A stretch of DNA of 64,000 nucleotides, taken from the NCBI GenBank assembly GCA_041615815.1, contig JBFJCP010000020.1, positions 28,270 through 92,269 of the forward strand, written 5' to 3'. Positions 1-9,546 of this stretch are shown in pieces (positions within the stretch are counted from its first letter, which is position 1; every line of letters begins with the position of its first letter). The position numbers and the translations under genes are program-made. The DNA is from Gemmatimonadales bacterium. GTDB lineage: Bacteria; Gemmatimonadota; Gemmatimonadetes; Gemmatimonadales; GWC2-71-9. Below the pieces are notes generated by a model that was not told where the DNA came from, did no database searches, and worked only from the letters and a program-made list of their open reading frames with translations.

Positions 1-531
1 ATCGGCCAGCTGTCCCACGGGCTCGTCCACGGTGAAGGAGCCCGCGGCGATCTCGGCAATGTGACCACTCGTGCCAGGGGGAATGAGGATCCGGTGCGGC
101 ACGCCTGATTTCTCCTCGACGCGCCCGATGACGTCTCCTTCCTGTACCGCGTCACCGTCGCCGATCTCGGGGCGAAAGGCCCACCGCTGGTGGGGATCGA
201 GGGTGGGGGCCGTGGCGCCCGGGCCCATGAAACTGCCCGTCGCGTCTGCCAGGCGCGCGAGCGGTCGGCCCACGCCGTCGATCACTGCCCCCAAGAGGCC
301 GGGGCCGAGCTGGATGGTCAGCGCCTCGCCCGTCGCTTCCACCGGTTCGCCAAGCCGGAGCCCCGTGGTGTCTTCGTAGACCTGGATCGTGCCAGTGTCG
401 CCGCGAATGCGAATAATCTCACCGAGGAGTCGGCGCGCTCCGACGCGCACCAACTCGTACAGGGATACGCCCACGAGCGGTCTCGACTCGACGAGCGCTC
501 CAGTAATTCGCACGGTCCGGGGGTCGTTCAT
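1..531 (-). CDS. atpA: V/A-type ATP synthase subunit A (N-terminal part; runs off window edge)
   Basis: Manual translation MNDPRTVRITGALV...LYELVRVG...GEIIRIRGDTGTIQVYEDTTGLRLGEPV...LGPGLLGAVIDGVGRPL, the typical subunit A N-terminus; ATG overlaps the subunit F stop. Confidence 0.93.
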   Translation of the reverse strand, partial: MNDPRTVRITGALVESRPLVGVSLYELVRVGARRLLGEIIRIRGDTGTIQVYEDTTGLRLGEPVEATGEALTIQLGPGLLGAVIDGVGRPLARLADATGSFMGPGATAPTLDPHQRWAFRPEIGDGDAVQEGDVIGRVEEKSGVPHRILIPPGTSGHIAEIAAGSFTVDEPVGQLAD

Positions 532-857
532 CGGAGTCTCACACGATACCCGATAGCCCGCCGCAGCAGGTCCACGATGTATGCCTCCGCGCCTTCGCGA
601 CGAGGACGCCACGTGGGTCCCGGGAAGGGGACAAGCATGGGGAGCGGTTGCTTGGCCAGCTGCCGATGGAGCGCCGGCGGCAATGCGTCATGGAGCCGTT
701 CCTCGACGAGCACCACGCCGGTATCCGCCTGCCGCATCAACTCGTCGATACGGTTGGCGGCGTCGGCGGGGCGGTCGACGGCAATCGTCGGAAGACCCGC
801 CAACGCAAATCCGGGAGCCACCTCAGGTCCACAGATGATGCGAACGCCGTATCTCAT
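528..857 (-). CDS. atpF: V/A-type ATP synthase subunit F
   Basis: 109 aa, GFALAGL motif, position between C and A. Confidence 0.9.
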   Translation of the reverse strand: MRYGVRIICGPEVAPGFALAGLPTIAVDRPADAANRIDELMRQADTGVVLVEERLHDALPPALHRQLAKQPLPMLVPFPGPTWRPRREGAEAYIVDLLRRAIGYRVRLR

Positions 858-1873
858 GACAGGGTCACTAACTCGGAGACCATCGCGTCGGGCGGAGCGC
901 CGAGGGCGACACCCCAGATGATCCGCGAAAGATCGATCACTTCGGCGCGGAGGCGAAGCAGGAACGCCAAAAGCGGCGCGGCTCCCAAGGGTGCCACGCG
1001 TGCCACGCGCTCCAGCTCTCGGATCTCCGCCTGCAATACCGCCCCTTCGAGCGTGGCGAGATCAGTGGCATGCGCCAGCACGAGGTTCGCGTAGGGGGTC
1101 GCCTGCAAGGAGTGCGCGAGGTGGTGGGCACAAGTACCGACGTCCGCCGCCCCTGCGGCACGCGAAAACGCATCCACAGCGATCAGCTCGCCTCCCTCCA
1201 GGAAACATCGCGCTACGTCCATATCTTCTGGTGCGCCAGCCAGGAGCAGCGCCGTATACGCGTTCTCCACGTCGATCACGCGACGCACGAAGGCGCGCAG
1301 CTCCCTCCCCCCGCGACGCGCCGCTCGGCTCGCCCGCAGGGCGTACGCCCGATCGAGCTGAAGTTGAAGCATGAAGAGGTCCGGACTCCGCTCCTCAGCC
1401 TCGGTGCGGATCGCGGCGCCGAATGGGTGGTTCCACGCAATCAGGAGGGTGGCCATGTCCCGGACGCTCGCCAGTCGCGCGAGCTCACCGAGCGCACGCT
1501 CGGGTAGTGAGGGCGTAGGTATCAAGCCTGTGAGTCGTTGCTCCCACGGGGTGACGTGGAGCGCGCCTCGTAGCATGGCGCGGAGACTGCGCCGATCCTC
1601 GTCGTCCAGAACGACACTCATCGCCCTCGCGCGGTCTCCCGCCCACCGCACAATCGTGCGTAGCTGGCGAGCGGCTCCGCGCCGGACCGCGAGCTCCAAC
1701 GCGTTCGGCTGCAACGCCGTGACATCGACGTCCACGGGATACCAAGTGGACACCAGGCCCGTGCCCAGCGCCTCGAGATCCGCAGAGGTGGACAACTGCT
1801 CCAGGTGGGACCGTCCCAGGAGGTGTGTCCCCAGCCCTCGCGCCCGGACATTGACGTCGGACCACGTAATCAT
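854..1873 (-). CDS. atpC: V/A-type ATP synthase subunit C (AC39/d)
   Basis: Start MITWSDVNVRARG overlaps the subunit E stop; IDVEN and EVIDLSRIIWG motifs; operon position. Confidence 0.85.
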   Translation of the reverse strand: MITWSDVNVRARGLGTHLLGRSHLEQLSTSADLEALGTGLVSTWYPVDVDVTALQPNALELAVRRGAARQLRTIVRWAGDRARAMSVVLDDEDRRSLRAMLRGALHVTPWEQRLTGLIPTPSLPERALGELARLASVRDMATLLIAWNHPFGAAIRTEAEERSPDLFMLQLQLDRAYALRASRAARRGGRELRAFVRRVIDVENAYTALLLAGAPEDMDVARCFLEGGELIAVDAFSRAAGAADVGTCAHHLAHSLQATPYANLVLAHATDLATLEGAVLQAEIRELERVARVAPLGAAPLLAFLLRLRAEVIDLSRIIWGVALGAPPDAMVSELVTLS

Positions 1874-2454
1874 GGGACGGGCGCCGCACGAGCGACGATG
1901 TCCAGCGCGATTCGCGGCCGCAGCCGCTCCAGGCGCGCCTCGAGCGTGTTGTCCACGGTCACCGAGCCATCTGTGGATTCGACGACCGGTCCAGTGAGAG
2001 CGGCTGCGTCTTCCACGACCGCGACGGATGGCCGTGAGGACGCCAAGCCGCGCACAATCTCGGCAATCACCGGCGGGCACCGCACCGTACATGCCCCATC
2101 TCCCACGTATGCCAAGGCGTCGTCGAGGTGCGTCGGTAGCACCGTGCGGTACCGGTCCTCCGATAAGGTCTCCGGCAGGCGCTCACGCGCGTTCGCAAAC
2201 ACACGATCCAGCAGGTGCTGGCGGGCCGCGAGAACCTCGCCGCGTGCGTGTCGCCGTGCCGCGGTGAGAACCGCCGAAGCCTCATCACGCCACTCTCGCT
2301 CGCGCGGTCCCAGGTACGCGGCCTGCTGGTCCGCGATGCGCGCGGCGGTGCGGGCACGGATCCGCCCCACTTCCGTCTTGGCCTCCGCCAGGAGCGCCGC
2401 CTGCTCGGCAGCGGCCTCATGCTCCAGCGCGGCCAGCAGCTGTTCGATGGCCAC
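1870..2454 (-). CDS. atpE: V/A-type ATP synthase subunit E
   Basis: Coiled-coil N-terminus, C-terminal G..V.STDG...VDNTLEARL motif. Confidence 0.9.
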   Translation of the reverse strand: MAIEQLLAALEHEAAAEQAALLAEAKTEVGRIRARTAARIADQQAAYLGPREREWRDEASAVLTAARRHARGEVLAARQHLLDRVFANARERLPETLSEDRYRTVLPTHLDDALAYVGDGACTVRCPPVIAEIVRGLASSRPSVAVVEDAAALTGPVVESTDGSVTVDNTLEARLERLRPRIALDIVARAAPVP

Positions 2455-2469
2455 GGTCCCCCCCTTCGC

Positions 2470-2691
2470 TTACCCTCCCGTCCGCAGCAGAATGAGCACG
2501 GACACCACGAAACCGAGAATCACCATCGTCTCAGGAATGGCGATCATGAGCACTGCCACGGTGCTCAATTCGGGTTTCTCGGCCATGCTCGCGGCGACCG
2601 CCGGCCCGATCTTCGACTGGGCCCACGCCGTGGCGAGGGCGGGCAAGCCGATGGCGACGGCTGCGGAAAGCGCGATCGAGAGTGCTTCCAT
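2470..2691 (-). CDS. atpK: V/A-type ATP synthase subunit K/c (single-hairpin proteolipid)
   Basis: 73 aa, two hydrophobic helices, AEKPE loop, IPET with the essential Glu. Confidence 0.92.
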   Translation of the reverse strand: MEALSIALSAAVAIGLPALATAWAQSKIGPAVAASMAEKPELSTVAVLMIAIPETMVILGFVVSVLILLRTGG

Positions 2692-2715
2692 GAGTGCTCC
2701 TCTCTGCGGCGGGCC

Positions 2716-4605
2716 TCACGCCCGCTCGTTGTGTATTCGAGGCGTCCAATGTCGAAGGGGCTCGTACCGAATGCCGCCGGGACTGTAGAACTTCCCGAAG
2801 AACTCGACGTATTGAAGACGCAAGGCGTGAATGGTGGGGCTGAACACCCCAATGGCGAAGTTCACCAGATGGAACAGCAACGCGAATAACACACCGACGG
2901 CGACGCTGCCCAACGCACCGACCATCCGGTTGGCGACCACCGCCAACATCACGGAGGCGATCCCCACGGCCATGATGCGCGCGTAGGACAGGATGTTACC
3001 CAATGTCGAGAGCAGCTCGATGGGTGCCACCAGCCCTTCGGCGATGATCAGGATCGGGAACGCGACGAGAATTCCCACCACGGCGGGGTTGAAGAACGCC
3101 CGCGGGAGGACACCGATGACGGCCAGCAACGCGAGGATGATCAGCACGATCATGAGCGCCGAGATCCCTCGGCCCACGGCCCGGCGTGGGTGACTCCGGG
3201 CAGCGACGACTCCCAACACGAGACCGACGAGGATGTGCACCCCGCCGAGCGCGACGGCGAGGATCAGAAACGGCACCACCGCTTCTTCGCGATCGAAGGC
3301 GAGCGGTCTCAGTCCCATCCGCTCGCCGAGGTCGCCGAGGAACTCTCCATAGAGAAAACCGGCCAGTACCGTAAACAGCGCGCAGGCACCGGCGATCTCC
3401 GCCAGGTTGCGGAGCGTGCTGCCTGCCTTCGAACGGAGTCTGAGCACGAGCGCCCCGAGACCCAGGACCAGGCCATAGCCGACGTCCCCCAGGATCAGCC
3501 CAAAGAACACGGGGAAGAACACTGCCACGAACGGCGTGGGATCGATGGTGCCATACTGTGGCAACGGGAACAGTCTGATCAGCGCCTCGAACGGGCGGAA
3601 CAGTCGAGGATTGTGCAGCACGACCGGTGCTTCCTCCGCTACCCATTCTTCCCGACCAACTTCCGAGACGACCACTTGACCCTGAAAGCGATCCTCGAGG
3701 CGCTGCGTGAACGACGGTCGGGTCCCGGATGGGAGCCAGCCTTCCACCACGAACGCCCGGCCGGACAGCCCCGACAGCGGAATGGCGGCCAGCTCGGCCA
3801 ACCGGTCCCGCACGGCGTCTCGCGCATCCACCAAATCCGGGCCGTGGGTGCGAGCGAGCTCAGCTCGTCGTTCCGATACGGCACGGAGCGCGTCGGGGAT
3901 CTCCCCGAGTCTCGCGATCATACGTGGGATCGCCTCCGCAAGGGAGCTCCCGTACCCGCTGGGAACGGGTATCTCGCGGACGCGCGCTTCCGCCATCAGC
4001 GCCTCGACTTTCGGCGCCGAGCTGGCGGAAACCAGAACCAGCAATGCCGTTTCGCCCGTGGGAAGTCGTTGCGTGTAGAGTTCGAACTCGTCTCCAATGG
4101 CCTCGCCCAAGCTGGTGCGCAGCTTGCCTAGCGACGCCGCTTCGTCCGCCTTCAAGAGCACGTGGTACGCGGTGGCGTTCGGCCACCGGGACGCGGCCTC
4201 GATGAACGAACGAAAAGCCGAGAAGTACCGCTGATACTTGAGGACGAGCGCGCGTTCTTCTTCGAGTGCTGCCCGTTCCTGCTCCAACCGCTCCGTCGCT
4301 CGACGCATGCGACGACCGAGGCGCGCCCAGCGCGCGTAATCTCCCACGGTCGGGGGCGGCCGCTCCCGCCGCCTGGTCGGTCGCTGACGCGGAAGCCCTT
4401 CCAGCGCAGTCTCCACGTCCTCCAGCACATGCCGGAGGTGGCGGCGTTGGCGTGCGAGCCGTGGGGTGAGCACGGCGGGCGCGAGGGGTTCGTCGGTGGG
4501 TGGAGCCGCCAGGTGGAGAACGCCCAGGTCTTGAACCACGCGAAGCACATCCACTAGGACGTCACGCGGTCCCAGAATGCGGACCCGAGACATCTTGGTG
4601 ATCAC
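2716..4605 (-). CDS. atpI: V/A-type ATP synthase subunit I/a
   Basis: PQYGTIDPT, FFGLILGDVGYG, SYARIMA, HALRLQYVEFF motifs; GTG start chosen at 4605. Confidence 0.95.
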   Translation of the reverse strand: MITKMSRVRILGPRDVLVDVLRVVQDLGVLHLAAPPTDEPLAPAVLTPRLARQRRHLRHVLEDVETALEGLPRQRPTRRRERPPPTVGDYARWARLGRRMRRATERLEQERAALEEERALVLKYQRYFSAFRSFIEAASRWPNATAYHVLLKADEAASLGKLRTSLGEAIGDEFELYTQRLPTGETALLVLVSASSAPKVEALMAEARVREIPVPSGYGSSLAEAIPRMIARLGEIPDALRAVSERRAELARTHGPDLVDARDAVRDRLAELAAIPLSGLSGRAFVVEGWLPSGTRPSFTQRLEDRFQGQVVVSEVGREEWVAEEAPVVLHNPRLFRPFEALIRLFPLPQYGTIDPTPFVAVFFPVFFGLILGDVGYGLVLGLGALVLRLRSKAGSTLRNLAEIAGACALFTVLAGFLYGEFLGDLGERMGLRPLAFDREEAVVPFLILAVALGGVHILVGLVLGVVAARSHPRRAVGRGISALMIVLIILALLAVIGVLPRAFFNPAVVGILVAFPILIIAEGLVAPIELLSTLGNILSYARIMAVGIASVMLAVVANRMVGALGSVAVGVLFALLFHLVNFAIGVFSPTIHALRLQYVEFFGKFYSPGGIRYEPLRHWTPRIHNERA

Positions 4606-5057
4606 GGCTCCGCTCCGGCCGCCAGGAGTCGATCGAGCACGATCTCGCTCCACTCACGGATTCGCGCGTCTGCCACCGCGTGGAACGCGCGAACCTGCCG
4701 CGTAGCATCCTTCGTGATCGACTCGAGCTCGCGATCCCGCTCGGCCTGGATCGTCGCGCGGAGCCGGTGTGCCGCAGCCTCACATTCGTGCGTCGCCGCG
4801 GCTTCGGCCTGCTCCCCATCACGACGCGCAGCCTCCACCAGGCGCTCCGCTTCCGCACGTGTCTCCTGCCGGGCCGCGTCGAGAAGACGCTCGGCGGCAA
4901 TCAGGCGGGCGAGATCGCTCTCCACCACCTGTGGTTCCGTCCGCGCTGCCTTTTTGCTGCGCACCTCGAAGCCCCCAAGAAACCGTGTGGCTGCGGTGGA
5001 AGCGGCCCTCCGACGAGGCGGCCACGACCCATCCAAGCCACCACCAACGGCGAACAT
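4602..5057 (-). CDS. V/A-type ATP synthase subunit G/H-like peripheral stalk protein
   Basis: Ala/Glu/Arg coiled coil, first gene of the operon; true start may be GTG at 4964. Confidence 0.65.
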   Translation of the reverse strand: MFAVGGGLDGSWPPRRRAASTAATRFLGGFEVRSKKAARTEPQVVESDLARLIAAERLLDAARQETRAEAERLVEAARRDGEQAEAAATHECEAAAHRLRATIQAERDRELESITKDATRQVRAFHAVADARIREWSEIVLDRLLAAGAEP

Positions 5058-5197
5058 AGGGGCCGAACCGTTAACCGACCTTGTAACAGCGAATTAATGC
5101 TTTCTTAAAGTTCGCCCGCCTACGATGCCCTCACGTTCATAAATCCGAGCCGTTCCCCCGCCAGGCGGCCCGCGTCTTCGGACCCGGGAGGCTCCTT

Positions 5198-6343
5198 ATG
5201 TATCTGCCGTCGTCGCATCCATGGGCTCCGGGCGAGACCTTGAGCCAGCATCTCGACCAGCGGGGTGTGAAACGGCGCGACTTCCTCGCCTTCTGTGCGG
5301 AATTCACCGCGATCCTCGGCCTCAGCACCACGTTGACTCCCAAGGTGGCCCACGCACTTGCGCAGCTGAAACGCCCCAGTGTGATCTGGGTGCAACTGCA
5401 GGAGTGCACGGGATGTGTCGAGAGCGTACTCAGGACTGCGGAGCCCACCGTTGGCGATCTCGTGCTCGATCTCGTCTCGCTGGATTACAGCCACACCATC
5501 ATGGCGGCCGCCGGGGATGCCGCCGAGCAAGCACTCCATCAGGCCATGGAGGCAAACAGCGGTCAATACGTCCTGGTGGTGACCGGATCAGTCCCACTGG
5601 CTGACGATGGGATCTATTGCACCATCGGTGGTCGGACCGCCAAGACCGTGCTCGAGGAAGCGGCGGCGGGAGCGGCGGCAGTGATTGCGGTGGGCGCCTG
5701 CGCGCATTGGGGCAGCGTCCAGGCGGCGCGTCCCAACCCTACTGGGGCCGTAGGCGTCTCCGAGATCGTTCGGGACAAGCCGGTGGTCAACATCGCGGGT
5801 TGCCCCCCCATTGGCGACGTCGTCACGGCGACCATCGTGCACCTCCTCACGTTTGGCCGCGTGCCGGCACTCGACGCGGACGGCCGGCCCCTCTTTGCCT
5901 ATGGAGCCCGCATCCACGACCAGTGCCCTCGCCGGGCGCACTTCGATGCTGGGCAGTACGTCGAGGCGTTCGACGATGATTCTGCACGGCGGGGGTGGTG
6001 TCTCTACCGTGTGGGATGTAAGGGACCGGCCACCTTCTCGCCCTGTCCCATCTTTCAGTGGAATACACGTACCAACTGGCCCATCGGAGCCGGCCATCCC
6101 TGCATCGGCTGCACCGAGCGGAATTTTTGGGACACGATGACGCCGTTTTACGGTCGGCTTCCCGACGTGGCGGGCTTTGGGATCGAGCGTCGCGTGGACA
6201 CCATCGGCGCCGCACTCGCCGTCGGCGCCACGGCTGGCGTCGCGGCTCACGCGATCGCCACCGGCGTCCATCGGATGCGACAGCGCCGTGCGTTGGCGGT
6301 CGTGGAATCCCCTTCACAGGGGAAGGAGGTGGACCGTGGCTAG
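5198..6343 (+). CDS. hyaA: Group 1 [NiFe]-hydrogenase small subunit, Tat-exported and membrane anchored
   Basis: KRRDFL Tat motif, ECTGC, GCPP, HDQCPRR, CLYRVGCKGP, GHPCIGC, C-terminal TM helix. Confidence 0.97.
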   Translation: MYLPSSHPWAPGETLSQHLDQRGVKRRDFLAFCAEFTAILGLSTTLTPKVAHALAQLKRPSVIWVQLQECTGCVESVLRTAEPTVGDLVLDLVSLDYSHTIMAAAGDAAEQALHQAMEANSGQYVLVVTGSVPLADDGIYCTIGGRTAKTVLEEAAAGAAAVIAVGACAHWGSVQAARPNPTGAVGVSEIVRDKPVVNIAGCPPIGDVVTATIVHLLTFGRVPALDADGRPLFAYGARIHDQCPRRAHFDAGQYVEAFDDDSARRGWCLYRVGCKGPATFSPCPIFQWNTRTNWPIGAGHPCIGCTERNFWDTMTPFYGRLPDVAGFGIERRVDTIGAALAVGATAGVAAHAIATGVHRMRQRRALAVVESPSQGKEVDRG

Positions 6344-8051
6344 GACCAAAGTCGTCGTCGATCCCATCACGCGCATCGAGGGCCACCTTCGGATCGAGGT
6401 GCAGGCGGAGAACGGCCGGATCGCGGACGCCTGGGCGTCATCCACGCAGTTTCGGGGCATCGAGATCATCATGCAGGGAAGGGATCCACGGGACGCGTGG
6501 GCGTTCACGCAGCGCATTTGCGGGGTGTGCACGGTCGTCCACGCCGTCGCCTCGTGTCGCGCCGTCGAGGATGCCTTGGACATTCGCATTCCCACGAATG
6601 CCAACCTCATCCGGAATCTCATCCACGGCATGCAGTTCATTCAGGACCACGTGATCCACTTCTACCATCTGCATGCCCTCGACTGGGTGGACGTCGTGAG
6701 CGCGCTGGACGCGGATCCCAACGGAACCGCCCGAATTGCACGGACGATCTCGCCCTGGCCCAACAACTCGGGAACGTATTTCAAGGAAGTCCAGGATCGT
6801 CTGAAGACATTTGTTGCCAGCGGTCAGTTGGGAATTTTCACCAACGGGTATTGGGGGCACCCGGCATATCGGTTGCCGGCCGAGGTGAACTTGCTGGCCG
6901 TCGCGCACTATCTCGAGGCGCTCGACTGGCAACGCGACGTCATCCGGCTCCACACGATCTTCGGTGGGAAGAACCCCCACCCGAATTTCTTGGTCGGCGG
7001 GATGGCTTCCGCCATCAATCTGGACGACACCGCCACGATCAACGCCGAGCGTCTGACGGACATTCACGACATGATCAAGCGGGCGCGGCGCTTCGTGGAG
7101 CAGGTGTACTGGCCGGACCTGCTGGCCATTGCGGGATTCTACAAAGAGTGGGGCGCCATTGGTGGTGGGGTCGGCAACTACCTCGCCTGCGGTGAGTTTC
7201 CCGAAACCGACGTCCGCGATACCGACTCGCTGTACTTCCCGCACGGTGCTGTCATCGGAAAGAACTTGAACGAGGTGTTCCCCTTCGACCAAGAGAAGGT
7301 CAAGGAGTATGTGACGCACTCGTGGTACGAGTACTCAGGGGGCAACGACGTTGGGCTCCATCCGTGGGAGGGTGAGACCAAGGCCCGGTATACCGGCCCC
7401 CAGCCCCCCTGGCAGTATCTGCAGGATCACGATGAGTACACGTGGATGAAGGCCCCGCGGTACGAGGAGCGACCCATGGAGGTGGGACCGCTCGCGCGCA
7501 TGCTCGTCGCCTACGCGTCGGGTCACGATGACGTGCGAGAGCTCGTGGGCGAAGTTCTCAATCGCCTGAACGTGGGGCCCTCGGCACTGTTCTCCACCCT
7601 GGGTCGCACCGCGGCGCGTGGCATCGAGACGGCGCTGCTCGCTCACAAGATGCAGGCGTGGTACGACGCCCTCGTCGCACGGATCAAGGGCGGAGACGTG
7701 GCGACGTTTACGCGGGAACGGTGGGATCCAGAAACCTGGCCGGCACAGGCCCAGGGTTTTGGATACCTCGACGCCCCGCGGGGGTTCCTGGGCCACTGGG
7801 TGCAGATCCAGGACGAGAAGATCGCTCGTTACCAGTGCGTCGTTCCCTCCACGTGGAACTGCTCACCGCGGGATGCGCAGGGCAAGATGGGACCATACGA
7901 GGCATCGCTCGTGGACAACCACCCGCTGGCGGATCCCGAGCGTCCCATCGAGATCTTGCGCACGATCCACTCATTCGATCCGTGCATGGCGTGCGGGGTG
8001 CACGTGCTCGACGCCGAAGGCAATCCCGTCACGGAGGTGAAGGTCCAGTGA
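6336..8051 (+). CDS. hyaB: Group 1 [NiFe]-hydrogenase large subunit
   Basis: DPITRIEGH, L1 QRICGVC, L2 SFDPCMACGVH plus cleavable C-terminal tail. Confidence 0.98.
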   Translation: MARTKVVVDPITRIEGHLRIEVQAENGRIADAWASSTQFRGIEIIMQGRDPRDAWAFTQRICGVCTVVHAVASCRAVEDALDIRIPTNANLIRNLIHGMQFIQDHVIHFYHLHALDWVDVVSALDADPNGTARIARTISPWPNNSGTYFKEVQDRLKTFVASGQLGIFTNGYWGHPAYRLPAEVNLLAVAHYLEALDWQRDVIRLHTIFGGKNPHPNFLVGGMASAINLDDTATINAERLTDIHDMIKRARRFVEQVYWPDLLAIAGFYKEWGAIGGGVGNYLACGEFPETDVRDTDSLYFPHGAVIGKNLNEVFPFDQEKVKEYVTHSWYEYSGGNDVGLHPWEGETKARYTGPQPPWQYLQDHDEYTWMKAPRYEERPMEVGPLARMLVAYASGHDDVRELVGEVLNRLNVGPSALFSTLGRTAARGIETALLAHKMQAWYDALVARIKGGDVATFTRERWDPETWPAQAQGFGYLDAPRGFLGHWVQIQDEKIARYQCVVPSTWNCSPRDAQGKMGPYEASLVDNHPLADPERPIEILRTIHSFDPCMACGVHVLDAEGNPVTEVKVQ

Positions 8052-8785
8052 CGACGCCAACGCAACCTCGCACCAGAGAGCCCGCGCACGTGACCGATAC
8101 GGCTCAAGGCACATATCGCTGGGTGTATCTCTGGCATTGGCCAATCCGCGCGATGCACTGGGCAGCAGCTGGTAGCATCCTCGTACTCGTGGTCACTGGG
8201 CTGTATATCGCCAACCCGTATTTCATGACTGGTAACGAGGGAGTACCGCGCTTCGCAATGGGATGGATGCGGTTTCTCCATTTCGTAGCCGCCGCTGTGC
8301 TGGTCGCGACCGGAATCGTCCGCGTGTACTGGCTCTTCGCCGGTAACAAGTTCGAGCGTTTCGCTGCCCTTTTTCCTGTTCGGACTCGAGACTGGGTGAA
8401 TCTCGTGAAGACGGTGAAGAAGTACCTGATGATCCGCCCGGCAAAAGGTCCGCACTATCTCGGTCACAACCCACTGGCGCAGCTCAGCTACACCGCTGTC
8501 TATGCGGTCACGCTGATCCAGGTCGTCACCGGATTCGCCATGTATGGTCTCGCGAATCCCGGGGGCTTCTTCAATACGACCTTCGGCTGGGTGATACCGC
8601 TGTTGGGCGGCGTGCAGGTGGTCCACTTCGTCCACCATGCGCTGCTGTGGGTGTTCCTGATCTTCATCCCGATCCATCTGTATCTCGGTGTCCGCTCGGA
8701 CGTCATGGAACGCGAGGGCATGATGTCCTCGATCTTCAGCGGCGGGCGCTTTGTCCGGTCGGACGCGGAATACGTCGATGATTAG
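8048..8785 (+). CDS. hyaC: Ni/Fe-hydrogenase b-type cytochrome subunit
   Basis: 4 TM helices, RAMHW, RFLHF, GHNPLAQ, HFVHH...IHLY. Confidence 0.95.
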   Translation: MTTPTQPRTREPAHVTDTAQGTYRWVYLWHWPIRAMHWAAAGSILVLVVTGLYIANPYFMTGNEGVPRFAMGWMRFLHFVAAAVLVATGIVRVYWLFAGNKFERFAALFPVRTRDWVNLVKTVKKYLMIRPAKGPHYLGHNPLAQLSYTAVYAVTLIQVVTGFAMYGLANPGGFFNTTFGWVIPLLGGVQVVHFVHHALLWVFLIFIPIHLYLGVRSDVMEREGMMSSIFSGGRFVRSDAEYVDD

Positions 8786-9293
8786 ACCGCGCGGCACACC
8801 GGGCGCGCTCGTGATCGGGCTCGGCAACCCTCTGATGGGTGACGATGGCCTTGGGATCGCGGCCCTCGAGTTGCTCCGGGCCCGTTGGACGTTCGAGCCC
8901 GCGGTGGAGCTGGTGGACGGGGGAACGTGGGGGATGAACCTCCTGCCCCTCATCGAAACTGCATCCCGGGTCCTATTCCTCGACGCGATCAACCTCTCGG
9001 TTGCGCCCGGGCAGTTGCTGATCGTGGAGGGGGATCAGCTCCCGCGTGCACTCGCCACCAAGCTCTCGCCACATCAGATCGATCTTCGGGAGGTCCTGGC
9101 GGTGGCCGAGCTTCGGGGCACGCTCCCCGCCGAATTCGTGGTGCTGGGACTGCAGCCCGAGACCATCGAGCTGCACGACGGATTGAGCCAGCCGTTACGC
9201 GACAATCTCTCCGCCCTGCTCACCGCCACGCGTGCCCGCCTGAGTGGCTGGGGACACACTGCCCATCGGAGGGATGCCTCGGTTTATGCATGA
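8778..9293 (+). CDS. hyaD: Hydrogenase maturation endopeptidase (HyaD/HybD)
   Basis: GLGNPLMGDDGLG, DGGT, SPHQ motifs. Confidence 0.95.
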   Translation: MIRPRGTPGALVIGLGNPLMGDDGLGIAALELLRARWTFEPAVELVDGGTWGMNLLPLIETASRVLFLDAINLSVAPGQLLIVEGDQLPRALATKLSPHQIDLREVLAVAELRGTLPAEFVVLGLQPETIELHDGLSQPLRDNLSALLTATRARLSGWGHTAHRRDASVYA

Positions 9294-9546
9294 AATGAGC
9301 ATCGCCCTCGAGGTCTGTCGCATGGCAGAACAGCATGTCGGCGCCGACCAAGTTCCCCACGTTGTGGAGGTCGGCCTCGAAGTGGGTCATGAAGCCAACG
9401 TCGAGATCCACGCGCTGCAGTTCTGCCTCGAGGCGGCCCTCCAGACACCGCCCTTCACAGGGGCGCTTCCCGTGATCACCCAACGGCCCGGTGACGTGCT
9501 GCGCCTGGCCTATCTGGAGGTCGATGATGGCGATCCGAACCATTGA
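9286..9546 (+). CDS. hypA: HypA-like nickel metallochaperone, short form without Zn finger
   Basis: MHEMSIA N-terminus, LEVG, C-terminal LEVD; no CxxC pairs; 86 aa. Confidence 0.85.
   Translation: MHEMSIALEVCRMAEQHVGADQVPHVVEVGLEVGHEANVEIHALQFCLEAALQTPPFTGALPVITQRPGDVLRLAYLEVDDGDPNH

Noticed and set aside
7970..8051. [NiFeSe] or O2-tolerant group 1d hydrogenase
   Set aside because: L2 motif is DPCMAC with no in-frame TGA; supernumerary small-subunit cysteines are absent
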